From an uncultured Acidobacteriota bacterium (lineage in GTDB: Bacteria > Acidobacteriota > Thermoanaerobaculia > Multivoradales > UBA5704): a stretch of 64,000 bases of DNA. The notes under the pieces are model-generated. The model did not search any database, was not told where the DNA came from, and saw nothing but the letters and a program-made list of their open reading frames with translations. Location of the stretch: positions 3,040,001 through 3,104,000 of the forward strand of contig OY969474.1 of the NCBI GenBank assembly GCA_963700145.1. Direction: 5' to 3'. A program made the position numbers and the translations under genes. Shown here in pieces: positions 30,484-40,081 of the stretch (the first letter of the stretch is position 1; the number at the start of each line of letters is the position of its first letter).

Positions 30484-31178
30484 ACGCGGAGGAGAACGGC
30501 ATCGCCGGGCCGCTCCGGCGCGGCGGGCACTGGCTCTGGGAGGCGCGCGGCGCCGGCGCCCGGGCGGTCTTCGCAGGCGCCGGCCCCGCCGCCGGGCGCG
30601 AGGAGGTGCTGGCGCGGGTGGCGGGCCGCTCGCTGCCTCTCGCCTGGGCGAAGCAGGTCCACTCGGCGACCGTGCTGACCGCCGCCGCCGGCGGCTGCGG
30701 CGAAGGGGACGCGCTGGTGAGCGGCGAGTCGGGGCTGGCGCTGGCGGTGGCGACCGCCGACTGCGTGCCGGTCCTCCTCGCCGGACCCGAGGGAGTGGCG
30801 GCGGTCCACGCCGGCTGGCGCGGGCTCGCCGCCGGCGTGCTGCCCGCGGCGGTCCGCGCCGCCACGCCGGCGCCCGAGCGCTGGACCGCCTGGATCGGGC
30901 CGGCGATCGGCGCCTGCTGCTACGAGGTGGGCGACGAGGTGGCGGAGCAGGTGGCGGCGGCGAGCGCTCCCGAGGTCGTCGTCCGGGGTCCGGCGGGGCG
31001 CCCCCACCTCGACCTGGCCGGCGCCGCCCGCCGGCAGCTCGCCGCCGCCGGCGTCGGCACGATCCGCTTGCTGGCCCACTGCACCCGCTGCGACGCCGAG
31101 CGCCTCGCCAGCTTCCGCCGCGACGGTCAGGCCGCCGGCCGCAACTATGCCTTCGTCTGGCGCGAGCCCGCGGCTTGA
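30480..31178 (+). CDS. pgeF: YfiH/PgeF family polyphenol oxidase-like protein
   Basis: QVHS, TADCVPVLL, HAGWRG, IGPAI..CCYEVG, CTRC. Confidence 0.9.
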   Translation: MNAEENGIAGPLRRGGHWLWEARGAGARAVFAGAGPAAGREEVLARVAGRSLPLAWAKQVHSATVLTAAAGGCGEGDALVSGESGLALAVATADCVPVLLAGPEGVAAVHAGWRGLAAGVLPAAVRAATPAPERWTAWIGPAIGACCYEVGDEVAEQVAAASAPEVVVRGPAGRPHLDLAGAARRQLAAAGVGTIRLLAHCTRCDAERLASFRRDGQAAGRNYAFVWREPAA

Positions 31179-32080
31179 GCGGCGCCGGGGGGTCCCCGCT
31201 CGCACCGGTCGTGGTGATGGTCAAGACGCCCCTCCTCGCCCGCGGCGGCAACGCCGCGCTCCTCGCGGCGAGCGGCCGGCGGGTCGCGCGCACGGTGGCG
31301 CCGGCCGCCGCCGAGCACGAGCGCACCCTGGCCGCGGTGCTGGCGGCGCTCGCCCGCCACGGCGTCGAGCCGCTCGTCACCGGCGTCGCGCCGGACGCGG
31401 CCGCCCGCCGCGCTCTCGGCCGGACGCGGCTGGTGATCACCGTCGGCGGCGACGGCACGCTCCTCGCGGCGTCGCACCACGTGAGCACGGCGGCGCTCCT
31501 CGGCGTCAACTCCGCGCCGCGCGACAGCGTCGGCCACTTCGCGCTGGCGCGCCGCGAGACGATCGTGCGCGTCCTCGACGCCATCGCCGCCGGCCGCCTG
31601 CGGTCCTTCGCCGTCGCGCGCATCCGGACCCTGCTCGACGGCGCCGACCTCGGCACGCTGGCGCTCAACGACGTCCTCGTCGCCCACGGGCACCCTGCCG
31701 CGACCAGCCGCTACCTGCTGCGCCGCGGGCGGGTCGCCGAGGAGCACCGCTCCTCGGGCCTCTGGATCGCCACCGCGGCGGGCTCCACCGGCGGCATCCG
31801 CTCCTCGGGCGGCGCGGTCATGCCGCTGCGCTCGCGGCGGCTACAGTTCCGCGCCCGCGAGCTGTACCGCCGCCCGGGCGTCGTGCACCGCCTGGCGAGC
31901 GGCTTCATCCCGCCCGGCGAGGGCCTCGTCGTCGAGTCGCAGATGGAAGCGGGCTGGCTCTTCGTCGACGGCTCGCGCATCGGCCACCCCTTCGCCTTCG
32001 GCGCGCGTGCCGAGCTGTGTGCCGCGCCCGAGCCGCTGCGCCTCTACGCCGACCCGGCGCGCTGGCGGAGCGCGGGATGA
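31175..32080 (+). CDS. NAD(+) kinase family protein
   Basis: GGDGT, ALND, TAAGSTG. Confidence 0.85.
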   Translation: MSGAGGSPLAPVVVMVKTPLLARGGNAALLAASGRRVARTVAPAAAEHERTLAAVLAALARHGVEPLVTGVAPDAAARRALGRTRLVITVGGDGTLLAASHHVSTAALLGVNSAPRDSVGHFALARRETIVRVLDAIAAGRLRSFAVARIRTLLDGADLGTLALNDVLVAHGHPAATSRYLLRRGRVAEEHRSSGLWIATAAGSTGGIRSSGGAVMPLRSRRLQFRARELYRRPGVVHRLASGFIPPGEGLVVESQMEAGWLFVDGSRIGHPFAFGARAELCAAPEPLRLYADPARWRSAG

Positions 32081-33132
32081 GGTGGCGCGCCGGCAGGCTC
32101 GTGCTGCTCGCTCTCCTCGTCGTGGTCCTGGCCGGCTTTGCCGTCCTCATCGTTCAGGATCACCGGGACGTCGCGCGGCGGGCACGGGAGGAGGAGGCCC
32201 TACAGTCGGCGCTGCGCGCCGAGCGGCAGCAGGTCTTCGCCCGCGGCTGGTTCGACCCGGTCCTCGAGCTCTGCCGCGCCGGCTGGCGCGACGCGCTGAG
32301 CTTCCACCACGAGCCTTCGGCCCTCGCCTGGACGCGCCGCAGCCTCGACGGCTACTTCCTCGATGGGAACGACGTCCGCTCGTGGCGCCAGCTCCGCTGC
32401 GACGCGGACGGCGTGCGGCGCGGCCCGCGCGTGGCGCATCCCCTGCTCACGCCCCTCGCCGAGGCTACCCCCGAGGCGGGGTCGGAGTCCGCCGCCGCCG
32501 ACGAGGAGGCTTGGCAGCTCGCGCTCCGCCAGCTCTCCACCGCGCCGCGCGGCGCGCAGGAGCACGGCGTCGAGGTGGCGCGGCATCCGTTGACCGGCGC
32601 CGTGCTCGTCCGTCGCTGGCGCGGCGTCGAGGGCGGCGCCGTCGCGGCGCTGGAGCCGGCGGGCGCATCGCCGTTCCCGTTGCTCATCGCCGAGCCGGAG
32701 TTCCCCATGGCGCCCGGCGCGGCGCCGCCGCCCCTGCGTCCTCTCGCCAGGTACGACTGGCTCGCGCAGCCCGACGCCGCCTTCGACCTCGTCGAGAGGT
32801 CGCTGCCCGCAGGCGCCCGGATCGTCGAGCTGACCCTGAGCGCCGACGAGATTGACCTGAGCGTCGAGTCGCCGACGCCGGCCTTCGACGGCGATCCACC
32901 GGCGCCCTACGGCGACATGGAGCTCGACGAGTACGGTATCGCCGACTCGAGCTGGTGGTATCCGCGGACGGACCCGGGGTTCGGCTGCCGCACCGGGGCG
33001 CCGCTGGCGGCGGTGCGCGCGGCGTACGCGAGAGCCCGCCGCCGGACGCCCGGCACCATCTACCGGGCCTGGTACTCGTGCAGCCCCGCCTACAGCAACG
33101 GAAGCCGCGGCGCCTGGCACCTGGTGGACTGA
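32077..33132 (+). CDS. Hypothetical membrane-anchored protein
   Basis: ATGA-coupled ORF with an N-terminal TM helix; no recognised motif. Confidence 0.7.
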   Translation: MRWRAGRLVLLALLVVVLAGFAVLIVQDHRDVARRAREEEALQSALRAERQQVFARGWFDPVLELCRAGWRDALSFHHEPSALAWTRRSLDGYFLDGNDVRSWRQLRCDADGVRRGPRVAHPLLTPLAEATPEAGSESAAADEEAWQLALRQLSTAPRGAQEHGVEVARHPLTGAVLVRRWRGVEGGAVAALEPAGASPFPLLIAEPEFPMAPGAAPPPLRPLARYDWLAQPDAAFDLVERSLPAGARIVELTLSADEIDLSVESPTPAFDGDPPAPYGDMELDEYGIADSSWWYPRTDPGFGCRTGAPLAAVRAAYARARRRTPGTIYRAWYSCSPAYSNGSRGAWHLVD

Positions 33133-33142
33133 GACTGGAGAT

Positions 33143-34189
33143 CTAGGAGGCGCGCCGGCGGAAGCCGCGCGGGTCCCGCCCAAAGGCGCGGAGCTGGCCG
33201 CAGGCGGCGGAAACATCGTCGCCGCGGCGGCGGCGGACGGTGGCGATCAGGCCGCGCCGGCGCAACCGCTCCTGGAAGGCCTCGACCCGCTCCGGCGCGG
33301 GCGGCAGGAGCGCGGGGTCGAGCACCGGGTCCGGGTTCATCGGGATCAGGTTGACCTTGGCGCGGAAGCTGCCGATCAGGCGCGCCACGGCGTCGGCGTC
33401 CGCCGGCGCGTCGTTGAAGTCCTTGACCAGCAGGTACTCGAAGGTGAGCTTCCGCCCGCTCTCCAGCGGGTAGCGGCGCAGCGCTCCGAGCAGGTCGCGC
33501 AACGGCCAAGTGCGGTTGAGCGGCATCAGCCGGCTGCGGCGCTCGTCGTCCGGAGCGTGCAGCGAGACGGCGAGGTTCGGCCGCCGCTCCCAGAGCGCCA
33601 TCGCCTCGATCCCCGGCACGACGCCGGCGGTCGAGACGGTGATGCGGCGCAGCGAGATCGTGCGGCCCAGCAGCTCGAGCGCCTCGTGCACCGCCCCGAG
33701 GTTCAGCAGCGGCTCGCCCATCCCCATGAAGACCAGGTTGAGGCGGTCGCTCGCGTGCCCGCGGTCGCGCTGGATGGCGCGCACCTGGGCCACGATCTCC
33801 CCCGCCCCGAGGTCCCGCCCCGCGCCCCAGTAGCCGGTGACGCAGAAGGTGCAGGCCAGGGCGCAGCCGGCCTGGCTCGAGAGGCAGAGGGTGCGGCGCT
33901 CGCGGTCGGGGATGTCCACCGCCTCGACGGTGGCGCCGTCGGCGAGGCGCAGCAGGTACTTGCAGGTGGTGTCGCGCGACAGCTGGCGCGAGACGACCGC
34001 CGGCGGCGCGATCGCGAACCGGTCGGCGAGCCGGGCGCGCAGCTCCTTGGGCAGCTCGGTGATCTCCTCCCAGCCGCCGGCGCCGCGGACGTGCAGCGCC
34101 TCCCAGACCTGCGCCGCGCGGAACGGGCGGTCCACGTGCGGCGCCAGCACCGCGGCCAGCTCGGCGCGCGAGAGACGGAGGAGGTCCAT
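33143..34189 (-). CDS. rlmN: 23S rRNA m2A2503 radical-SAM methyltransferase
   Basis: SSQAGCALACTFC, FMGMGEP, SLHA, AACGQL. Confidence 0.96.
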   Translation of the reverse strand: MDLLRLSRAELAAVLAPHVDRPFRAAQVWEALHVRGAGGWEEITELPKELRARLADRFAIAPPAVVSRQLSRDTTCKYLLRLADGATVEAVDIPDRERRTLCLSSQAGCALACTFCVTGYWGAGRDLGAGEIVAQVRAIQRDRGHASDRLNLVFMGMGEPLLNLGAVHEALELLGRTISLRRITVSTAGVVPGIEAMALWERRPNLAVSLHAPDDERRSRLMPLNRTWPLRDLLGALRRYPLESGRKLTFEYLLVKDFNDAPADADAVARLIGSFRAKVNLIPMNPDPVLDPALLPPAPERVEAFQERLRRRGLIATVRRRRGDDVSAACGQLRAFGRDPRGFRRRAS

Positions 34190-34194
34190 GACGG

Positions 34195-34524
34195 CTACAG
34201 CGTGCGGCGGGGTCGGCGGAGGCGGCGCGTGGGGTCGATGCCGATCGAGCGCAGGAAGGAGAGGTCGCGGCCGTCGATCTGGAAGTTGGGCTCGCCGCGG
34301 TGCGCGGCGCGATGGGCGGGGGCCGGGGTCTCGGCCGTGCCCTGCGGCGTCAGCGCCAGCGGCTCGCCGTCGGCGCCTTCGCGCTTGCAGTCCACGAGGA
34401 GGTAGAGCGAGTAGCCCTCCTCGCGGATCTTCCGCAGCGTGCGGCTCACCTCGCTCGACTCGGAGATCGCTTCCGAGAGAGCGCGCCGCAGGTCGCGGAG
34501 CATGTGATGCAGCTTGTCGTTCAG
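34195..34524 (-). CDS. Small hypothetical protein (likely CTG start at 34524, otherwise ATG at 34503)
   Basis: AGGAGG 6 nt upstream of the CTG; FQIDGRDLSFLRSIGIDP. Confidence 0.75.
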   Translation of the reverse strand: MNDKLHHMLRDLRRALSEAISESSEVSRTLRKIREEGYSLYLLVDCKREGADGEPLALTPQGTAETPAPAHRAAHRGEPNFQIDGRDLSFLRSIGIDPTRRLRRPRRTL

Positions 34525-34563
34525 GCGACGCCTCCTACCACGTGCGAGCGGTCGACGCGGGCG

Positions 34564-34592
34564 ATTATGGCCAAGGGTCCAGGGGGTGTCAA
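34564..34592 (-). promoter_or_regulatory. Sigma70 promoter
   Basis: TTGACA-N17-CATAAT on the minus strand. Confidence 0.75.
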
Positions 34593-34666
34593 ACCACGCG
34601 CAACCCCCGGAACAAAGGCGTTTTCACGGGCATTTTGGGTGCTAGCCTTGCGCGTTTCCGCGCCGC

Positions 34667-35653
34667 ATGGACGAGACCGCGAGCCCTCCCTTTGACCCGG
34701 CCCTGGCGGCCTGGATCGCGACGCTCGGCGAGCGCCTCGACGCCGCCGCGCCGCTCCCCGGCGACGTCTCGCCGCGCCGCTACACGCGCCTTAGGCTGGC
34801 GTCCGGCCGCAACGCCATCCTCGCCAGCTATCCCGACGAGGTGCGGGCCACCCTGCCGCGCTTCGCCGCCACGTCGCGGCTCCTCGCCGGCGCCCGCGTG
34901 CGCGTGCCGCGCGTCCTCGCCGTCGCCGAGGAGCGGGGGTGGATGCTGCTCGAAGACCTCGGCCCGGCGACCCTCGCCGATTGGCGCGGCCGGCCCTGGA
35001 GCGAGCTCGGGCGCTGGTTCGCGGAGGGGCGCGCCGCGGCAGCGCGGATCGCGGCGCTGCCGGCGGCGGAGGTGCGCGGCCTCAACCCGCCGCTCGGCCG
35101 CGAGCTCCTCGAGCGCGAGCTGGAGCAGACCTGGCGCCTCCACCTGGCGCCGCGCGGCCTGGCCGGCGACGCGGCGCTCGCCGATGAGCTCGAGCGGGCG
35201 CTGGCGGCGCTCTGCGCCGCGCTCGCCGCGGAGACGCCCGTCCCCTGCCACCGCGACTTCATGGCGCGCAACCTGATGCCGTTGCCGGCGGAGCCGAGCC
35301 TCGCGGTCCTCGACCACCAGGACCTGCGCCTGGGACCGCCGGCCTACGACCTCGCCTCGCTACTCAACGACACGCTCTTCCCGCCGCCGGAGCTGGAGGA
35401 GGAGTGGGTCGCCGCGGCGCTGCCTGATGCGGCGGGACGGTTGAGCTACCACCGCGCCGCCGCGCAGCGCACGCTCAAGGCGGTCGGCACCTACGTCGCC
35501 TTCGCCGAGCGCGGCGCGCCGCGCCACCTGCCGCTCGTGCCGCCGACCCTGGCCCGCGCCCTCGCCCACTTCGCGCACACCCCCGAGGGGGCGCCGCTCG
35601 CGCCGCGCCTGGCGCCGCTCTGGGCCCCGGCCGCGCCGGCGGCGGCCGGGTGA
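34667..35653 (+). CDS. APH-fold phosphotransferase (AmgK-like sugar kinase)
   Basis: GDVSPRRY.R, LEDLG, CHRDFMARNLM, LDHQD, YDLASLL. Confidence 0.85.
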   Translation: MDETASPPFDPALAAWIATLGERLDAAAPLPGDVSPRRYTRLRLASGRNAILASYPDEVRATLPRFAATSRLLAGARVRVPRVLAVAEERGWMLLEDLGPATLADWRGRPWSELGRWFAEGRAAAARIAALPAAEVRGLNPPLGRELLERELEQTWRLHLAPRGLAGDAALADELERALAALCAALAAETPVPCHRDFMARNLMPLPAEPSLAVLDHQDLRLGPPAYDLASLLNDTLFPPPELEEEWVAAALPDAAGRLSYHRAAAQRTLKAVGTYVAFAERGAPRHLPLVPPTLARALAHFAHTPEGAPLAPRLAPLWAPAAPAAAG

Positions 35654-35694
35654 TCTGCTACACTGCGAAACTCACCAGCAGGAAGGAAACCCCT

Positions 35695-35874
35695 ATGCCG
35701 CACCTCGGCGTGACAGAGCTCATCATCCTGTTCCTGATCGTCATCGTGCTGTTCGGCGCCACCCGCCTGCCGCAGATCGGCCGCGGGCTGGGCGAAGGGA
35801 TCCGCAACTTCAAGAAGGGGGTGCGGACCGGCGACGAGGAGGACCGCGCCGCCGAGAAGGACGTCCGTCCCTAA
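35695..35874 (+). CDS. tatA: Twin-arginine translocase TatA/E
   Basis: LFGATRLPQIGRGLGEGIRNFKK; RBS upstream. Confidence 0.93.
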   Translation: MPHLGVTELIILFLIVIVLFGATRLPQIGRGLGEGIRNFKKGVRTGDEEDRAAEKDVRP

Positions 35875-36659
35875 CGGAAGGCCGCCTTCGTCGCCGTGGT
35901 CACGCGCGACGGCAGGAACGGGTCCTCCGCCCGCATCACCGCCTCCTCCACCCGCCGCCGGCTCTCCTCGTAGCGTCCCATCACCCGCGCCACGTAGCGC
36001 CGCGTCTCGCGAAACGGCGGAATGCCGCCGTAGCGGGCCACAACCGCCGGGCCGGCGTTGTAGGCGGCGAGCGCCAGCGACAGGTCGCCGTCGTAGAGGT
36101 CGAGGAGCGAGGCGAGGTAGCGGCAGCCCGAGTCGAGGTTCTCGTGCGGGTCGTGGAGGTTGACGCGGCCGTAGCGCGCGGCGGTCGTGGGGAGCACCTG
36201 CATGAGACCGACGGCGCCGCGCGGCGAGACCGCGCGCGGCGAGAAGCGCGACTCCACCTTGACCACCGCCGCGACCAGTAGCGGGTCCAGACGGTGCCGC
36301 TCCGCGGCGGCGCCGATCGAGACGCCGTACGGGAGGTCCTCGAGGAGGCGGCGTTCCGCCCGCTCGGCGGCGTCCTCGACCGCGAAGAGCGCCATGCGCC
36401 GCGCCGGCGCGCCGAGCGCGACTGCCAGGTCGGCAGGTGTGACGACCGGGGTGGCGCGGCGCGCGCCGGCCGGGGCGAGCCAGCCGTCGAACGCGGCGAG
36501 CGAAGGCAGCGCCGGGCCGGACGCCAGGAAGGGCGGCTCGGGACGGCTGGATGGGGCGGGTTGAATGGCGAGAAGGAACAGCGGCGTGGCAACCATGGCC
36601 ACGCGCCCGAATGGCACGGGTCTTCCTGGCACGTTGTAGCCCTCCAAGGCGCAGGCCAC
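35871..36659 (-). CDS. Lytic transglycosylase (SLT domain); start uncertain
   Basis: VES.F.PRAVS..GAVGLMQ, ALAAYNAG, ETRRYV. Confidence 0.92.
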   Translation of the reverse strand: MACALEGYNVPGRPVPFGRVAMVATPLFLLAIQPAPSSRPEPPFLASGPALPSLAAFDGWLAPAGARRATPVVTPADLAVALGAPARRMALFAVEDAAERAERRLLEDLPYGVSIGAAAERHRLDPLLVAAVVKVESRFSPRAVSPRGAVGLMQVLPTTAARYGRVNLHDPHENLDSGCRYLASLLDLYDGDLSLALAAYNAGPAVVARYGGIPPFRETRRYVARVMGRYEESRRRVEEAVMRAEDPFLPSRVTTATKAAFR

Positions 36660-36701
36660 CCGGATGGCTGGGTGGTACAGAAACTCCTACTCGGAGAGCA
36701 G

Positions 36702-36717
36702 AGCGAAATCCGTGCCA
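36702..36717 (-). promoter_or_regulatory. Candidate sigma54 (-24/-12) promoter
   Basis: TGGCACGGATTTCGCT, matching GG-N10-GC. Confidence 0.5.
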
Positions 36718-36726
36718 GCGGAGACG

Positions 36727-37002
36727 CTAGATCAGGGTGCGGCGGCGCAGGCGGGCGCCGCGCGGGGGGCGCGGCAGGTCGTAGTCACGCTCCTCGATCC
36801 CGAGGTCGGTGACCTTGTTGCGCAGCGTGTTGCGGTGCACGCCGAGGCAGCGGGCGGAGCGGCAGAAGTTGCCGTCGTTCGAGCGCAGCGAGGCGACGAT
36901 GAACTGGCGCTCGAACTCGCGGCGCGCCTGCTCGAGGGTCACTCCACGGCGGACCAGCTCGTCCACGATCTGGTGCAAACGCCCGTTGAGTGTCTCGGCC
37001 AC
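36727..37002 (-). CDS. Stand-alone Fis-type HTH protein
   Basis: FERQFIVASL...GN...A..LGVHRNTLRNK. Confidence 0.88.
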   Translation of the reverse strand: MAETLNGRLHQIVDELVRRGVTLEQARREFERQFIVASLRSNDGNFCRSARCLGVHRNTLRNKVTDLGIEERDYDLPRPPRGARLRRRTLI

Positions 37003-37056
37003 GTCCGGTCCTCGTGGAAGAACGGCTGAAGGGAACCGGCAGAAGGTATCACAGGG

Positions 37057-38229
37057 CTACTTCGGCTCCAAGCGGTCGCCGGCGTAGATCGGGTAGCGCG
37101 ACTCGATGACCTTGGCCACCGAGCTGCGCGCGTGCACCGAGAGCACTGCCAGCTCGCCGATCACGATCGGCGGCATGCCGGAGATGCGGTTCATGCGGTA
37201 GATGGTGAAGACGTCCCCCGGCGTCAGGTCGGCGTCGCTGCCCCCTTCGATGAAGACCACGTGGTCCTGACCCAGCGAGTACACCTCGTCGTCGCCCATC
37301 AGCACGACGCGCGCGCCGGCCAGCTGCTCCTCCGAGCTCGGGTAGTTGATCGGACGCCCGGCGGTGCGCCGCCCGAGCGGCACCGGCTCCTCCTCGAACG
37401 GCATCAGCCGTGCGCCGACCAGGACCGCCGGGTCGCAGGTGTGGACGACCTCGGCGATCGCCGACTCCTCCTGGACGGACAGCACCCGCACTCTGCCGGT
37501 GTAGCGATAGAGGCGCCCCATCGTCGCGCGGCTCACCGGGTGCCGCACCGTCTCGGCGGGCAGCACGACGGTGAAGACCTCGCCGGGGCGCAGGCCGCCG
37601 GACCGCCCGCCGTCGAGGTAGACGACGTCGCCGGTCGAGAGGCCGTACTTGACCGAGCCGATCGGCCCGAAGGTGCCGACGCGCCGCGCCCGCTGGCCCC
37701 AGAGGTCGGGGTCGAGCGAGTCGTACTCGGAGCCGACGACGCTGTAGCGGAAGTCCTGGTCGAGCTCGCCGATGAAGCCGCTGCAGTAGATGTCGCTCTC
37801 GGAGCCGAGCGGCGCCGGCGCCGCGGCCGCCGCGCCGGCCGAGAGGACGCCGCTGTCGGCGGACTCCTCGGCGGCCTCCTCGACGAGCGGCTCGCCGAGC
37901 TCGGTCAGGTCCTGGACCGGCGAGACTTCGATGCCGAGGACCAGCGGGTCGCCCGGGTAGATCCAGTGCGCGTCGAGGATGTACTGGTTGCGCTCCCAGA
38001 GCTGCGGCCAGAGGTACGGGTCGCGGTAGAAGCGGGCGGCCAGGTCCCAGAGCGTGTCGCCGCGCTGGATGACGTGGACGTCTGGGCCCGGCTCGACCTG
38101 CGGCGGGTACCAGGCGGTCCAGTGGTCGCCGACCCAGTGCAGCTCCTCGGGCGGCCGGTCGGCCGCGGCCAGCGGCAGCGCGGCCAGAGTCGCGATGGCG
38201 AAGAGGACGACGGGGAACCGCGCGCTCAT
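37057..38229 (-). CDS. Secreted LysM-domain protein
   Basis: HVIQRGDTLWDLA...LWPQLWERN...IYPGD. Confidence 0.92.
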   Translation of the reverse strand: MSARFPVVLFAIATLAALPLAAADRPPEELHWVGDHWTAWYPPQVEPGPDVHVIQRGDTLWDLAARFYRDPYLWPQLWERNQYILDAHWIYPGDPLVLGIEVSPVQDLTELGEPLVEEAAEESADSGVLSAGAAAAAPAPLGSESDIYCSGFIGELDQDFRYSVVGSEYDSLDPDLWGQRARRVGTFGPIGSVKYGLSTGDVVYLDGGRSGGLRPGEVFTVVLPAETVRHPVSRATMGRLYRYTGRVRVLSVQEESAIAEVVHTCDPAVLVGARLMPFEEEPVPLGRRTAGRPINYPSSEEQLAGARVVLMGDDEVYSLGQDHVVFIEGGSDADLTPGDVFTIYRMNRISGMPPIVIGELAVLSVHARSSVAKVIESRYPIYAGDRLEPK

Positions 38230-38310
38230 CGAGGTCCCTCCAATACGCGCACGGCGAGCACGGTGGATCGTGGCGAGCCGGACGCCTTATACGCAAGTCG
38301 CTATGGATGC

Positions 38311-38339
38311 ACGGTACAACCGCTGCCCGCTAGTGTCAA
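38311..38339 (-). promoter_or_regulatory. Sigma70 promoter of the LysM gene
   Basis: TTGACA-N17-TACCGT on the minus strand. Confidence 0.6.
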
Positions 38340-38405
38340 CCTTTCGCGGCGAAAGTTCAAGTGCTACTTGAACTTCGCTTCGCGGTGCGCGGCGGGTTGC
38401 CGGCG

Positions 38406-39302
38406 CTAGCGGAGCTTGGCCCGGCGCTCCTCGGCGACGGCCGCAGCGGCGGTGCCGGGGAAGCGCTTGAGGACCTCGGCGTAGGTGACGCGCGCCCCCT
38501 CGCGGTCGCCGAGCGCCTCGAGCGACTGGCCGGCCTTGAGCAGGGCGTCCGAGACCTTGTTGCCGTCGGGGTAGCGCTCGACGGTCTCGCGGAAGGCGGC
38601 GAGGGCGCCGCGGTGGTCGCCGCGGGCGTAGCGGCATTCGCCGATCCAGTACTGGGCGTTGTCGGCCAGCTCGCTCGCCGGGCTGCCCTGGAGGAAGCGC
38701 TGGAAGCTGGTCTCGGCGTCCACGAAGTGCCCCTGGTGGTAGAGCGCGTAGCCGCGGTCGTAGAGGGCCTGCGAGGCGGGGCCGGGCGCGCCTTCGACCG
38801 CGGGAGGCGGCGGCACGGCGGCCGGCGGGGCGGTGCGCACCGGCGGCGGCGCGGCCGTCGCGGGCGCGCGCACCGGAGCGTCCTCGACCTCGAGGTCGCT
38901 CTCCTCGAACTCCGGCACGCGCTGCGGCCGCACCGGCGCCGGCTCCTCGCCGATCTCCTCGGCCGGCGCGGGGGGCGTGACGCGGGCGCGCGGCTCCTCC
39001 GCGCGGACGGCGGGGCGCGCCGGGGCCGGGGCGGGCGCGGTCGTGCTCGGCGCCTGCCGCCGCACCGCCGGCTCGCCGCGGCGGACGCCCACCTGCGCCT
39101 CGAGCTCGGCCACCTGCTGACGCAGCCGCGCCAGCTCGACCTCCGAGACGGCGGCCTTCCGCTGCAGCTCGATCACCCGCGCCTTGAGCTCGCGGAGCTC
39201 CTGCGCGGTCGTGTCGTCGGCCGGGCGCACCGGCAGGCTCGCGCAGCCGGCGGCGAGGACGGTGGTGAGGACGAGGGCGGGGGCCAGCGCGGAGCGTCTC
39301 AT
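38406..39302 (-). CDS. cpoB: Tol-Pal TPR protein CpoB/YbgF
   Basis: Lipobox, coiled coil, ADNAQYWIGE, DALLKAG. Confidence 0.88.
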   Translation of the reverse strand: MRRSALAPALVLTTVLAAGCASLPVRPADDTTAQELRELKARVIELQRKAAVSEVELARLRQQVAELEAQVGVRRGEPAVRRQAPSTTAPAPAPARPAVRAEEPRARVTPPAPAEEIGEEPAPVRPQRVPEFEESDLEVEDAPVRAPATAAPPPVRTAPPAAVPPPPAVEGAPGPASQALYDRGYALYHQGHFVDAETSFQRFLQGSPASELADNAQYWIGECRYARGDHRGALAAFRETVERYPDGNKVSDALLKAGQSLEALGDREGARVTYAEVLKRFPGTAAAAVAEERRAKLR

Positions 39303-40081
39303 CAGCTCGCCTTCTGCGTCAGCTCGGGCACGCGGTCGTTGTAGGGGCTGTCGGGGAACTCGTTCTTCAGGCGCTCGAAGGTCTCGCGCGAGGCGTCCAG
39401 CTGATCGCTCTGCTGATACGCCAGGCCGAGGTGGTAGATCACCTTGTCGCGCTCCGGGTACTCGGGGTAGGTGTCGAGCAGGTAGCGGAAGCGCTCGACC
39501 GCCCCCACCGGCCGGCCGTAGCGGAGGTAGAAGCGGCCGACTACGAACTCGTGCTCGGCGAGGTTGGCGCGCACCACTTCGATCTGCTGCTTGGCCTGCG
39601 CCGCGTACTCGCTCGTCGGGTGGAGGCGGAGCACCTCCTGGTAGGCCTCCAGCGCCTTGCGCGTCACCGACTGGTCGCGGTCCGGCTTCTCCATCCTCTT
39701 GGCCAGGCTGTTGGCGATCTGGAACTGCACGTAGGCGGCCTGCTCGCTGGTCGGGAAGCGGTTCAGGTAGTCGCGGTACTTGGCCTCGGCCTGCACGAAG
39801 TTCGAGGAGCCGCCTTCGAGGTAGTAGGTGTCGGCGGCCAGCAGCAGCGCCGTGCGGCCGGCCACCGAGTTGGGCTCGGCCTCGAACGCGTGCTCGAAGT
39901 AGGGGCGGGCGCGGGCGTACTTCTCGCGCGCCAAGAGCTCCTTGCCGGTGGCCAGCGACTCATCGGCCGCGAGCCTCAGGATCGGGTCGTCGGCCGGCGC
40001 GCTCTTGCAGCCGGCGAGCGCGGCGAGCGCGGCGAAGGCGAGCGCCAGGAGCGCCGCCGCGGGGGTCAGGGTTCGTTTCAT
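39302..40081 (-). CDS. bamD: Outer membrane assembly lipoprotein BamD
   Basis: LAGC lipobox, TPRs, DRDQSVT, LAEHEF.VGRFY. Confidence 0.9.
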   Translation of the reverse strand: MKRTLTPAAALLALAFAALAALAGCKSAPADDPILRLAADESLATGKELLAREKYARARPYFEHAFEAEPNSVAGRTALLLAADTYYLEGGSSNFVQAEAKYRDYLNRFPTSEQAAYVQFQIANSLAKRMEKPDRDQSVTRKALEAYQEVLRLHPTSEYAAQAKQQIEVVRANLAEHEFVVGRFYLRYGRPVGAVERFRYLLDTYPEYPERDKVIYHLGLAYQQSDQLDASRETFERLKNEFPDSPYNDRVPELTQKAS

